A stretch of 42,656 nt of DNA from a virus. A program made the translations under genes and the position numbers. The notes under the pieces were generated by a model. That model did not search any database and was not told the origin of the DNA. It saw nothing but the letters and a program-made list of their open reading frames with translations. Location of the stretch: IMG/VR virus record IMGVR_UViG_3300010352_000823; one strand, 5' to 3'. Below are positions 33,292 to 42,131 of this stretch, piece by piece; the first letter of the stretch is position 1, and every line of letters begins with the position of its first letter.

Positions 33292-33726
33292 TTAAATTGG
33301 CATTGGTATTACTTCATCAAAAGTAAATACGACTTCGACTGGTTCAAGCTTCTTTGCTGCGCTTGGGACCTGAGGCATTCCACACAATGCACCATTCAAG
33401 AATATGAATTTTTTACCAATACTCGGCAATATCATTGTCAGAGTTTTAATTGGCAATGGCGATCTTGCAAGTTTTTGAGCTTGGTTAATCAAATCAAGTT
33501 TTGACAATGTTGGCGAAGCTGATTGAAATGTAAATTTTATATCATTTATCTGTGGGACAAATGCCATAACAAGTTTTCCATCTGCGCTACGCTCGCGTTC
33601 AATATATTCTTGGACTTCCATTGCCCATTTACGGTCAGTTGCATAACCCTCAAAATTAACTGTCCCGACACTCGTCAAGGCAGATACAGAGCTATTTGCC
33701 GAAGTTATATTATATACTTTGCTCAT
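33292..33726 (-). CDS. Tail tube protein
   Basis: 144 aa, immediately downstream of the sheath gene. Confidence 0.7.
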   Translation of the reverse strand: MSKVYNITSANSSVSALTSVGTVNFEGYATDRKWAMEVQEYIERERSADGKLVMAFVPQINDIKFTFQSASPTLSKLDLINQAQKLARSPLPIKTLTMILPSIGKKFIFLNGALCGMPQVPSAAKKLEPVEVVFTFDEVIPMPI

Positions 33727-33739
33727 AATTTATCCTTTA

Positions 33740-35251
33740 TTATAAAATTGCATTGCTGATTACATCGATTGTCTGGATTACTCCGCCATCCATGTAATAG
33801 AATTTGATTATCGGTGAACCACGATCTGCACGAACAGATGCAGATGGGTCGGTGATATAGGTATAATATCCAGCAGAATACAAAGCGTCACTTATATCAA
33901 AACCAATGTCGGCCATTAACTGAGCTTTCTGACTTTCGGATAATGTTACACCCTTTGTTGCGACACCATTATAAACCGCTGCATTTGCCGCTTGGGAAAT
34001 CGCAGAGTCAATCATTCCATAACCTTGCTGTGAATATGGGAATGCTTTTACTGTATCAATCAAATCCGCACAATTTACTTGTATGTTATCATTTAACCAT
34101 ACATGGCCCTGCAATGCATCAAACCATTTATATTTACCAGTTATTGCGCCTTTTTGAAACCAACGGAATGTATTTCCTGCTGTTGCAAAATCTGCATAAC
34201 AAGAATATCCTTTTGCGGCCAAGACATCATAATCAATCGAATTATCAACTGTTATTGCAAGCCCTGTTTGATGTTTTCCAGCCAAAGAGTAACGACCGTT
34301 TAATTCTTCACGATTTACGCATGCGCCACAAGACAAAGCAAATACTGCATGGTCAATTATTCCATAAATCGGTAACGATGACGCATATCCGGCAGCGACT
34401 GCTCTTGAAGCAAAATCTGCTTCACTTGAACCAGAAATCGCAGCACCGTCCATATCATATTCTGCATAAATAAATCTTGCACCACTGTATTTACCAGAGT
34501 TCCAAGCAGAAAATTCCAATCTGTCATCAATTTCTGGTTGCCAATCTGTGGTGAATGAATACCAGTTTTCTGTTTTAAGACAGATATTGTCCATAATATC
34601 AGCGATAGTTTTTGTTCCAGTAAATGGATCAGATATTGTTGCACCGGCCGCAGCGGTCAATCCAAGAATTGTTGCCAATTCTGTTCCAGACGCGCCAGAT
34701 TCTGTTGTTAAAACAGCATATCCCAGCGCAACAGTTGCATTACCAGTAATTTTGAATGCCTTACGAATTAAATCATAAGTTACAGTGTATCCAGAATGAA
34801 CCGCAGCGATTGCTGTTTGTAATTTAGAAGCAACAGTTGTGTATGATTCAGAACCGGATAAATCGATTCCATCGATAAAGCTTTCCTCACCATTAACGAC
34901 CAATGTTACATAACCATTTGTAATTGTTGCAAATTGTGCGACTGTTTCTGTTAATGCTGCACCGCGTAACCATGCATTTGAATTTCCGGTAATATAACTT
35001 GAAATCAATAATTCTTTTGGAACTTTTGTTTTATTATCTGGACCATTAAAATAAATCTCAGAAGCGTTTACCAAAGGGCTTGTTGGACCAAAGAAAGCTT
35101 CAACGGCATCTGCGCTCGCAAATGTATAAACTTTTCCGTAAGGAAGAGAAGTATCTTGTGTAAGCAATAATCCACTTTCATTGTATCCACTTCCTGTTGA
35201 TTCAATCAAAGTTGGAATTACATTGACAATTCTATTCATATTTACAGGCAT
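33740..35251 (-). CDS. Contractile tail sheath protein
   Basis: 503 aa, in the order sheath, tube, chaperones, tape measure. The N-terminus resembles DUF3383-type sheath proteins. Confidence 0.7.
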   Translation of the reverse strand: MPVNMNRIVNVIPTLIESTGSGYNESGLLLTQDTSLPYGKVYTFASADAVEAFFGPTSPLVNASEIYFNGPDNKTKVPKELLISSYITGNSNAWLRGAALTETVAQFATITNGYVTLVVNGEESFIDGIDLSGSESYTTVASKLQTAIAAVHSGYTVTYDLIRKAFKITGNATVALGYAVLTTESGASGTELATILGLTAAAGATISDPFTGTKTIADIMDNICLKTENWYSFTTDWQPEIDDRLEFSAWNSGKYSGARFIYAEYDMDGAAISGSSEADFASRAVAAGYASSLPIYGIIDHAVFALSCGACVNREELNGRYSLAGKHQTGLAITVDNSIDYDVLAAKGYSCYADFATAGNTFRWFQKGAITGKYKWFDALQGHVWLNDNIQVNCADLIDTVKAFPYSQQGYGMIDSAISQAANAAVYNGVATKGVTLSESQKAQLMADIGFDISDALYSAGYYTYITDPSASVRADRGSPIIKFYYMDGGVIQTIDVISNAIL

Positions 35252-35264
35252 ATTTTATCCTTTT

Positions 35265-35816
35265 TTATTGTATATTTTGAACTCTTTTTACTTCCGGCTC
35301 TATTTCCTGCGAGAAGTCTGTTGTCTTCGTTGTTGTCGGGTTAAAATTAACTATACAATCAATCTTAAACCTATCATAATCCATTGCATCTTGACCGATA
35401 AAAGGCAACTGCATTGGCTCACTTGATTCTACTGGTATTATATCGTTATTTTTGAAAATGTCAAAATTGACGGGGTCTTCGAACGCAACACCAGCTTCTG
35501 TCGCCATATCAAAAGAATTTGGACCATAAAAATCAAGGCTTATACGGACCGAAGATATTCGTTTTTGTGTATGGGTATATTTACGCTTTGTTGGGTCTGA
35601 ATCATTAACAAATGAATCTTCAATTATGTTTGTGCTATCAGATTCATTGTCGTGAATTGACACTATTACGCAAGGTGGATTTATTTCGCCAGCGTTTTGA
35701 TTTACGCGCCATATATTATCATCTGTGAAATCTCCATCACCCAATGTTTTTAAGAACGCAATAAAAGCTTTATAAATTTTATCCATTATTGTAAAACTCC
35801 AAGAACGCAACACCAA
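35265..35816 (-). CDS. Neck / tail-terminator-type structural protein
   Basis: 183-aa ORF directly upstream of the sheath; positional assignment. Confidence 0.45.
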   Translation of the reverse strand: MVLRSWSFTIMDKIYKAFIAFLKTLGDGDFTDDNIWRVNQNAGEINPPCVIVSIHDNESDSTNIIEDSFVNDSDPTKRKYTHTQKRISSVRISLDFYGPNSFDMATEAGVAFEDPVNFDIFKNNDIIPVESSEPMQLPFIGQDAMDYDRFKIDCIVNFNPTTTKTTDFSQEIEPEVKRVQNIQ

Positions 35817-36172
35817 GCGGTCATATCATCGCTTTCGTCTGTAAATGTCCAATCTTCTAATAACTGTTCTATTTTATAACTTTCTGTATCAGAAACTTTT
35901 ATAACATCATATCCACGATGGATTGCGATTGTCCCAGAAAGGGATGTTAAATATATTTTTCTATATGTTTTGGATTGGTCAATTCCATCAAGATGCTGCA
36001 ATCTATCGGCTGTTATTGCTTGGTCATTTATAAGAACCGAAGAATCAACATAAAAATGAGTAACCTTGCCGGAATCATCTTTTGACCCAGCATTCCAACT
36101 TTTGAGCGTTGCAGATCTGTCAGGATGGACATTTTGCAAAGCTTCCGTAGCAATCTTGAATATATCAATCAA
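35786..36172 (-). CDS. Head-tail connector / tail completion protein
   Basis: 128-aa ORF in the connector block. Confidence 0.45.
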   Translation of the reverse strand: MIDIFKIATEALQNVHPDRSATLKSWNAGSKDDSGKVTHFYVDSSVLINDQAITADRLQHLDGIDQSKTYRKIYLTSLSGTIAIHRGYDVIKVSDTESYKIEQLLEDWTFTDESDDMTAWCCVLGVLQ

Positions 36173-36644
36173 TTTTAACTACCTTTGAAGTTATCGACTT
36201 ATACAGATTTCCCGTATCTATCAACGGTGAATCTTTTCCTTTTTTAGCAATCGTTGCCGGTGCATTTCGCGGGGTAATATCTCTTATTGCTAATTTCTGA
36301 TCTGCTGCCGCTTTCATACCAACAACCGAAAATACCGTTTTTGGATTTATACCATTTCTAATAGCTTTTATAATTATCTTTTTGTATTTTTCTTTATTTT
36401 TCTTAAATGCTATACCCTGATAATCCCGCGCAGGAATTATAACACTTCTTGACCGGCCAGCTTTTATTGTTCCATTTGCCATAATTGCTGCAATCTCTGC
36501 CGCGCCCAATTTTGAAGTTTTACCATCCTTTGAAACACCCTTACTATTTTTCAAAACACCAACCTCAGAGCCTTTTTTTGACATAGCCATAATTTGTTCG
36601 GCTCTTTTGTTAATGTTTTTCAAAGATAAAACAATATCAGACAT
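36165..36644 (-). CDS. Head-tail joining protein (HK97 gp10-like)
   Basis: IAAIMANGTIKAGRSRSVIIPARDY resembles the gp10-family hEfGT...pRPF segment. Confidence 0.45.
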   Translation of the reverse strand: MSDIVLSLKNINKRAEQIMAMSKKGSEVGVLKNSKGVSKDGKTSKLGAAEIAAIMANGTIKAGRSRSVIIPARDYQGIAFKKNKEKYKKIIIKAIRNGINPKTVFSVVGMKAAADQKLAIRDITPRNAPATIAKKGKDSPLIDTGNLYKSITSKVVKID

Positions 36645-37026
36645 CTACAATATCTTCCGGTGTATCGCCATTGATAAATCCGCCACCGCGTGCATACGGA
36701 CGCAACATCATCAACGCTGTTGTTCCATAATTATTGCGACCCCACCATGTATTTGCAATAGGTGGAATAGAAAACGATACTGATGTGCTACCTTTTGCAG
36801 CAGATGAAACAATTCCAACAGTGTTCGGATCTTTGGTCAACGACAAAAGATAAGCAAGAACATTATAGGTTATCATCTTAAATCTTGAATCAGTTTCTGT
36901 TGTTGGGACATAGGAATTTACAATAGATTGTGCAAATTCCAATTCAAAATTAAATAAATCACCCCCAACCGATGAAAATTGGGGATAGATTTTTAGAAAA
37001 TCAACTTTATTAAATATGTATGCCAT
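36637..37026 (-). CDS. Head-tail connector protein (DUF4054-like)
   Basis: N-terminus FLKIYPQFSSV...ELEFAQSIVN resembles the DUF4054 start. Confidence 0.45.
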   Translation of the reverse strand: MAYIFNKVDFLKIYPQFSSVGGDLFNFELEFAQSIVNSYVPTTETDSRFKMITYNVLAYLLSLTKDPNTVGIVSSAAKGSTSVSFSIPPIANTWWGRNNYGTTALMMLRPYARGGGFINGDTPEDIVDV

Positions 37027-37029
37027 TTT

Positions 37030-37638
37030 TTAATCATCTTGTGAACTTGCTTTTACCCCAGTTGCACTTTCAATTTCTTTTTCTGTTAACTGTTCATAAG
37101 GACTTGGACCACGCTTGTTCAAAATAGAATTTAACTGTTCGTCAGTTAAAGTTGCAGAACTGTGGAAGAATACAAACAATCCTTTCAACCATTTTGCGCT
37201 TGCATGTTGTTCTTTAATGCAATTTTTAACAGAATTTGTAACTTTTGTTACAGAATAAGAATTTGGATTTAATTGGATATTCATAAATCCATTTGAAACT
37301 TTCAAACTATTTGCCGATTTCAAATGTAATGTCTGAGATTTTTTATTATCATCCAGATATTGGATTCTTATACCACCATGGATACAGCAGAAAGCATAGC
37401 AAGTTCCGTTTGGATCTTCCTTTGTTGTAACTTTTGTTTTTTCTTTTGGGGTTTCTGGTGTATTAACAGAATCATTCTTTGGTGTATTTTCGGACAAGGC
37501 CGCAACCTTTTCTTTAATTTCCAATTCGATTGATTCTTTTTCAGATTTATCAGCTGCACTGTATTTTTCCAACAATGCGTTAATTTCTTCATTACCCAGC
37601 TTTTCGGCTTCGATAACAAATTTCTTTTTTGCTGCCAT
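37030..37638 (-). CDS. Hypothetical virion-module protein with a Lys/Glu-rich N-terminus
   Basis: 202-aa ORF with AAAAGGAGTGAAAT SD. Confidence 0.6.
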   Translation of the reverse strand: MAAKKKFVIEAEKLGNEEINALLEKYSAADKSEKESIELEIKEKVAALSENTPKNDSVNTPETPKEKTKVTTKEDPNGTCYAFCCIHGGIRIQYLDDNKKSQTLHLKSANSLKVSNGFMNIQLNPNSYSVTKVTNSVKNCIKEQHASAKWLKGLFVFFHSSATLTDEQLNSILNKRGPSPYEQLTEKEIESATGVKASSQDD

Positions 37639-37668
37639 ATTTCACTCCTTTTGTTAATTAGGCATAAT

Positions 37669-37689
37669 TGGGCGGATTTTCACCGCCCA
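37669..37689 (-). promoter_or_regulatory. GC-rich hairpin tgggcgg-N7-ccgccca just after the major capsid gene
   Basis: 7-bp stem read directly; no U-tail. Confidence 0.5.
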
Positions 37690-37699
37690 TATTAGTTGA

Positions 37700-38752
37700 T
37701 TAAGATTCAGAATCTGGATTCAACATGTGTGCTATCGCAAAAGGATAGTAAACGCGTAATCCTGCGGTTCCAGCAAAGTATTTTTGCTTTTGAGAACTCA
37801 GACCTTGAACTATTTTACCAACACGCAACTGGCAATTAGTTACATTCTCGCAGGTCTTCTGACCATTAACTTCTTCTACTTTTACATAGATTTCAGTTCC
37901 GGCAGCAGTTTCACATTCTGGAATCATAACTGTATCCAATTTTGGATAACTTCTTTTCAGCATGTCCAAAACAGATTCAGAAGCGATTGCCAGAGGATTG
38001 CTGCGATTAGACATAATTGCAGAAACCATTTTTGGCGAAGATGCCAATTTGAACGAAGAAGTTGCGTCAACATGACCACCGGAATTGTTAATAATTTCCA
38101 GGATAATGCGATTCAAGTTCTTATACATATCGATTGCATTTTGCAGATACAAATCGCTATTTGAATCCGAGTCAGGATCTGGTGTCAGAGCCGAACTTAT
38201 AAATGGATTTGTTAACAAACCATAAATGTTCAATCCTGCTACACCATACAACTGGAAACGATTTGCAGCTCTTGCAATTTGTGTTGCAGCACTGCGTTGT
38301 TTCTGTTCGATGCGGTTAATTTTTGCCAATGAATTGATTTCATTTTCCAATTCACCATACTGAACAACAGTTTGATACAGATAAAAATCGTTTTTTATCC
38401 AAACATTGTTTGCGTCAGACAGACCAGCTTCAGAATAATCCGAATATGGTGCAATATGACCAACCAATTCTTCCTGACGGTATTTATCAGTTGTCATTCC
38501 CCATGTTCCGATGAGAACTGCTTCACCAGCAAATGCAACCATTCCTGTGACGGTATGCAAAACTTCAATAACTTTGTTGCTGAAGTTTGTCAGCAATTCG
38601 GCAGGGACGCCAGCATTGCTAACGGTAATCGTGGTTGGAACATCATCAATTAAATTGATTGAATCATCATCATTCAATTCCCATGCTTTTGGAACTGCGA
38701 CAATTTCGCCGGAAATTCCATTTTTCAATAATGCTTTTGTCATTTTATTCAT
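37700..38752 (-). CDS. Major capsid protein
   Basis: 350 aa, downstream of the protease/scaffold and a small capsid-associated gene. DUF2184-like by recollection; followed by a stabilising hairpin. Confidence 0.7.
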   Translation of the reverse strand: MNKMTKALLKNGISGEIVAVPKAWELNDDDSINLIDDVPTTITVSNAGVPAELLTNFSNKVIEVLHTVTGMVAFAGEAVLIGTWGMTTDKYRQEELVGHIAPYSDYSEAGLSDANNVWIKNDFYLYQTVVQYGELENEINSLAKINRIEQKQRSAATQIARAANRFQLYGVAGLNIYGLLTNPFISSALTPDPDSDSNSDLYLQNAIDMYKNLNRIILEIINNSGGHVDATSSFKLASSPKMVSAIMSNRSNPLAIASESVLDMLKRSYPKLDTVMIPECETAAGTEIYVKVEEVNGQKTCENVTNCQLRVGKIVQGLSSQKQKYFAGTAGLRVYYPFAIAHMLNPDSES

Positions 38753-38767
38753 TTTTTATTGCCTTTT

Positions 38768-39301
38768 TTATAGATTGCTGATTTCGACCCAAGCTTTGGT
38801 TACTTCAGATCCCGATGATACATCCAAGGCACTTGTTACTGTTTTGACAACAAAATCAGTTTCAATAGCACCAGAGATTGTTGCACCAGCAGCACCAAAT
38901 TGAACAGAACCATCTGCCAAAGTTGCGAATACTTTCTGACCAACTGTTGGGGTTGTTGCGGATAAAACATAACGAGCTGTTTTTTCCAAACCTAAGATTA
39001 CCTGACCAGCAGGAACAGTCAAAGTATCTGTTGCTGTTGAAGCCAAAGCGTATGTTGGTTGATAACCTGCAAATCCAGCAGGCAAACCAGAACCAGTTCC
39101 ATCAGCCCAGCCCTGATCTTGAATTTCATTGCTTGCGCCGGATGGTGCGGTTGTTGCCCAAAAGAACCCACCAATCAAAACAGGTTTTGACGCTGTTGGG
39201 GAAACTTTATAAGTTGGATGCGTAAATACTTCCGGATCGGATAGATTTGATCTTCCACCGTGAATCGCAAAACTTGGAACTTGATATACTTTTGTTTGCA
39301 T
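38768..39301 (-). CDS. Capsid-associated protein (decoration or auxiliary; uncertain)
   Basis: 177-aa Gly/Ala/Thr-rich ORF between the scaffold/protease and the MCP. Confidence 0.4.
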   Translation of the reverse strand: MQTKVYQVPSFAIHGGRSNLSDPEVFTHPTYKVSPTASKPVLIGGFFWATTAPSGASNEIQDQGWADGTGSGLPAGFAGYQPTYALASTATDTLTVPAGQVILGLEKTARYVLSATTPTVGQKVFATLADGSVQFGAAGATISGAIETDFVVKTVTSALDVSSGSEVTKAWVEISNL

Positions 39302-39323
39302 TTTGTTTTCCTTTCTTTTTTTG

Positions 39324-40961
39324 TTATTTTTTCAAGAAACTCATAACCCTTGTGTAAGATTTATTCAATCCATCATCGGTTACAGTTGTTTTCTTTTCGT
39401 TAATTTTGTTGCCTTTCATTGCCGCTGCTGTCTTAAATGCGACTTTCAAGTCATCATCTTTCATATCTTTGGTATCAACACCCAAGATTTTGCAGCCTGC
39501 TTTATAAATATCGGCAACACTGGCAGAATCACCAACATTTATTTTTCCGACACAATCAGTTACTTCCGACTGTGCTTTTTTTAATTCAGCGAATTTCTTT
39601 GCAACCGCAGCTTCAATTTTTGCATCCAATTCACCATCGGCATCTTCGGTTTCTTTCTTTTCTAATTCTTCTTCTTTTTTCGGGGCGACTTCTGGCTCTT
39701 TTTTTGGCTCTTCTTCATCACCCTCAGCAACTTCTTCTTTTTCTTCTTTTGCGGTGGCTTTTTCAACCATGGCATCTTCCGATTTTACATCTTCAAGAAT
39801 AGGATTGATTGCATTCATAGCTTTTTCAATTTCCTCATCACCAAAACCAGCTTCCTGCAATGCGGCACGGACGCGAGAGGCATAATCAGCGTCTTTCATA
39901 TCTTTTTCAACTTTCTCGATATCTTCGTCTTTTATGCCGTGTTTTTTCATAATGGCCTTGAATAAATTAAATTTCATTTCTGAATCCTTTATTTTTGTTG
40001 TTGTTTTTATATTAACATTTTTTCCAGAATTGTCAAATTTGGCAAAATCTTCATCGTCACCTAATGGAATTTCATAGTATTTCCACCATTTGTTTGATGG
40101 AAAATTCCTGTATATTTCCATATCTAATTCTTTATTGCTCTTTGCTATTTCTAAAAAATCTTTTTTGTTTAATCCATATTTCTTGGATATTTCTTTTAAG
40201 GATGTTGAACTGATATTTTTCCCCATCCTTTTTATAATATCACTTGCGGCAGATATACTAGCATCTTTATCTTTTTTTCTTTGTTTCGTATAATCGTGGT
40301 TTTCCGATTCTTTATGTTCTGGTTCGTTATTTGAGTTTTTTGATAAAAATCTTGATGTTCCTGATGTAAATTGCCCATTATTATCTCGCGGATGTTCTGA
40401 TTCAACAAAATCTTCGTCAGTAATCGTTGCGGTTTTGACGCGTGGATTGTTTGTTAATTTCAAGTGATTTGGGATAATTTTTGTTATTTTAACATCATAA
40501 GGTTCGCCCCATGGCGTTGTTCCTGGAGTAAAATCTAAAACAGAATCATATCCAACAGAAAAAGCATTCAAATCTTTTTTATTTATAGCGTCAATGTATG
40601 GAGTTGATTTTATAACAACATTCCCGCGAATGACTGTTTGATTGTTTTCTTTTGAAGTTTCAGCCGCGCCGATACTTCCAATACTTCTGATATGATTGTC
40701 AGGATTATCCATCTCGTGTTTATCGCTTACATCGATATTTGTAAATTCGTTAACTGTATCTTCAAGAGCTTCAGGCGATCGGTAAACGCTATAAACATCA
40801 GATGACTTTAACCCATGTGAACCATCTGGATCTAATTCTGAACCAAGATATTTATTTACAGTTTCGCGGGTGAGTTCAACGCCATCAATTCTAAGCCAAC
40901 CATTATTGTCAGTCCATACTTTTTGAGCTTGGTCACGAATAGGTGTATAATTTTTTAACAT
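39324..40961 (-). CDS. Prohead protease/scaffold-type protein (DUF2213-like N-domain plus EK-rich C-terminal region)
   Basis: 545 aa. N-domain ...VYSVYRSPEALEDTVNEF...NAFSVGYD. C-terminal EEKEEVAEGDEEEPKKEPEVAPKKEEELEKKE is low-complexity and scaffold-like. Confidence 0.5.
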   Translation of the reverse strand: MLKNYTPIRDQAQKVWTDNNGWLRIDGVELTRETVNKYLGSELDPDGSHGLKSSDVYSVYRSPEALEDTVNEFTNIDVSDKHEMDNPDNHIRSIGSIGAAETSKENNQTVIRGNVVIKSTPYIDAINKKDLNAFSVGYDSVLDFTPGTTPWGEPYDVKITKIIPNHLKLTNNPRVKTATITDEDFVESEHPRDNNGQFTSGTSRFLSKNSNNEPEHKESENHDYTKQRKKDKDASISAASDIIKRMGKNISSTSLKEISKKYGLNKKDFLEIAKSNKELDMEIYRNFPSNKWWKYYEIPLGDDEDFAKFDNSGKNVNIKTTTKIKDSEMKFNLFKAIMKKHGIKDEDIEKVEKDMKDADYASRVRAALQEAGFGDEEIEKAMNAINPILEDVKSEDAMVEKATAKEEKEEVAEGDEEEPKKEPEVAPKKEEELEKKETEDADGELDAKIEAAVAKKFAELKKAQSEVTDCVGKINVGDSASVADIYKAGCKILGVDTKDMKDDDLKVAFKTAAAMKGNKINEKKTTVTDDGLNKSYTRVMSFLKK

Positions 40962-40968
40962 AAAATCC

Positions 40969-41289
40969 TCATTGATGTGTTACAGAAACATTATATTTTC
41001 TAAAATACGCACAAATTCCCTGTTTTGAACACTTTTGTATTTCATAAAAATGGTCACTATTGTCTACATTATGCATATCTCCATCCATAATATAACAGTT
41101 TATGACAAACATTGTAGAACCAAAGTCACCATATTTATCAATCGCATCGCATTTCATATCTTTCTTGATAAAATTCTCAGCCTGTTGAATTGTATCATAC
41201 GACCGTTTATTCCCAACGACTTTGAAAGTATCTGCATATGCGTGCATATTTATTATTATAAAAAAAACTAAAAATGTCAATTTTCTCAT
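40969..41289 (-). CDS. Small secreted Cys-containing protein (moron inside the head module)
   Basis: ATGA overlap with the MuF stop. MRKLTFLVFFIIINMHAYA-DTFKV is a Sec signal peptide; the mature part has 4 Cys. Confidence 0.6.
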   Translation of the reverse strand: MRKLTFLVFFIIINMHAYADTFKVVGNKRSYDTIQQAENFIKKDMKCDAIDKYGDFGSTMFVINCYIMDGDMHNVDNSDHFYEIQKCSKQGICAYFRKYNVSVTHQ

Positions 41290-42131
41290 TTTGTTTCCAT
41301 CCATTCATCTGGTATTACAGGCGATTTGGTGCATGTGCAACCAGGTAATTCACCCGGGATAACATACTTTCCAACTTGTGAATCATACAAACCTTTATCA
41401 AGGTTATATTTTTTACCATCCATTTTCAAATGTGTTTGACGAGGTTTCTTATCACCATGTGAATGAATCCAGATACCCTCTTTTATTCCACAATTTTTCA
41501 TTTTGAATGTTGATAACTGTTCGGTTATCTTGCTACTCTGATCGATTGCAATAATTGCCGCACGGCGTTTTGTTATTCCATATCCATGGGAAAGCTCTTC
41601 AAATAATTCCTCTCGGCTAGAACCTGTCTGCATTGCGTTTGAAATCGCGCTGCTTGCCCGTCTTATATGTTCTTCGCCAATACTTCGTATCAACTGAGAA
41701 TTTTCAATAGCTGACGATTTTAAGAATGCACGCTCTTCCCGGGTTGCAGTGAATGTTATTGCAGGAATCATAACTTTTGCAGGTTTTCCATCTTTCCCGA
41801 TATATACTTTATTGCTTTGTGCAAGCTGGACAGTGGCTTTCTTAAATGATTTTTCCATCGAATTATTAACAAATTTGAGCTTTTTGTTAAAGAAATCCCC
41901 AGGAAGCTTATTCAAATCTGCACGAAACTTTGTATTCCTTTTTATCATTTCTTGGAATAATGATACAAAATCAAGTTCCGACTGGTCAGAATAATAGTTT
42001 TTATCCACAATATCTTTTATTTCGTTGTGATATTTTGTTATCAAATCTTGCAAACGGCGTTTGTATTCCGTCGTGAATGCAGGATTTTTTATTGGGATAT
42101 TAAAAGAATATACTGGTTTACTTTTTTTCAT
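41286..42131 (-). CDS. Head morphogenesis protein (Mu gpF / SPP1 gp7 family)
   Basis: C-terminal WIHSHGDKKPRQTHLKMDGKKY...PGELPGCTCT fits the MuF motif (H..l.G......P...pnCrC). Follows the portal. Confidence 0.8.
   Translation of the reverse strand: MKKSKPVYSFNIPIKNPAFTTEYKRRLQDLITKYHNEIKDIVDKNYYSDQSELDFVSLFQEMIKRNTKFRADLNKLPGDFFNKKLKFVNNSMEKSFKKATVQLAQSNKVYIGKDGKPAKVMIPAITFTATREERAFLKSSAIENSQLIRSIGEEHIRRASSAISNAMQTGSSREELFEELSHGYGITKRRAAIIAIDQSSKITEQLSTFKMKNCGIKEGIWIHSHGDKKPRQTHLKMDGKKYNLDKGLYDSQVGKYVIPGELPGCTCTKSPVIPDEWMETK

Noticed and set aside
33943-34473. 176-aa plus-strand ORF (and others at 34103, 34548) inside the sheath gene
   Set aside because: Antisense shadow ORFs within a long, well-supported structural gene; His/Leu/Gln-rich nonsense composition.
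37368-37619. 83-aa alternate-frame ORF inside the 202-aa gene
   Set aside because: Same strand but out of frame within a Lys/Glu-rich region; basic low-complexity translation, no SD.
39437-39802. 121-aa plus-strand ORF in the scaffold region
   Set aside because: Antisense reading of the EK-rich low-complexity segment of the protease/scaffold gene.
42001-42009. Perfect DnaA box TTATCCACA (a near copy TTATCCACT lies around 6687)
   Set aside because: Single isolated occurrences inside coding sequence with no cluster and no adjacent AT-rich unwinding element. Expected by chance in 42 kb.
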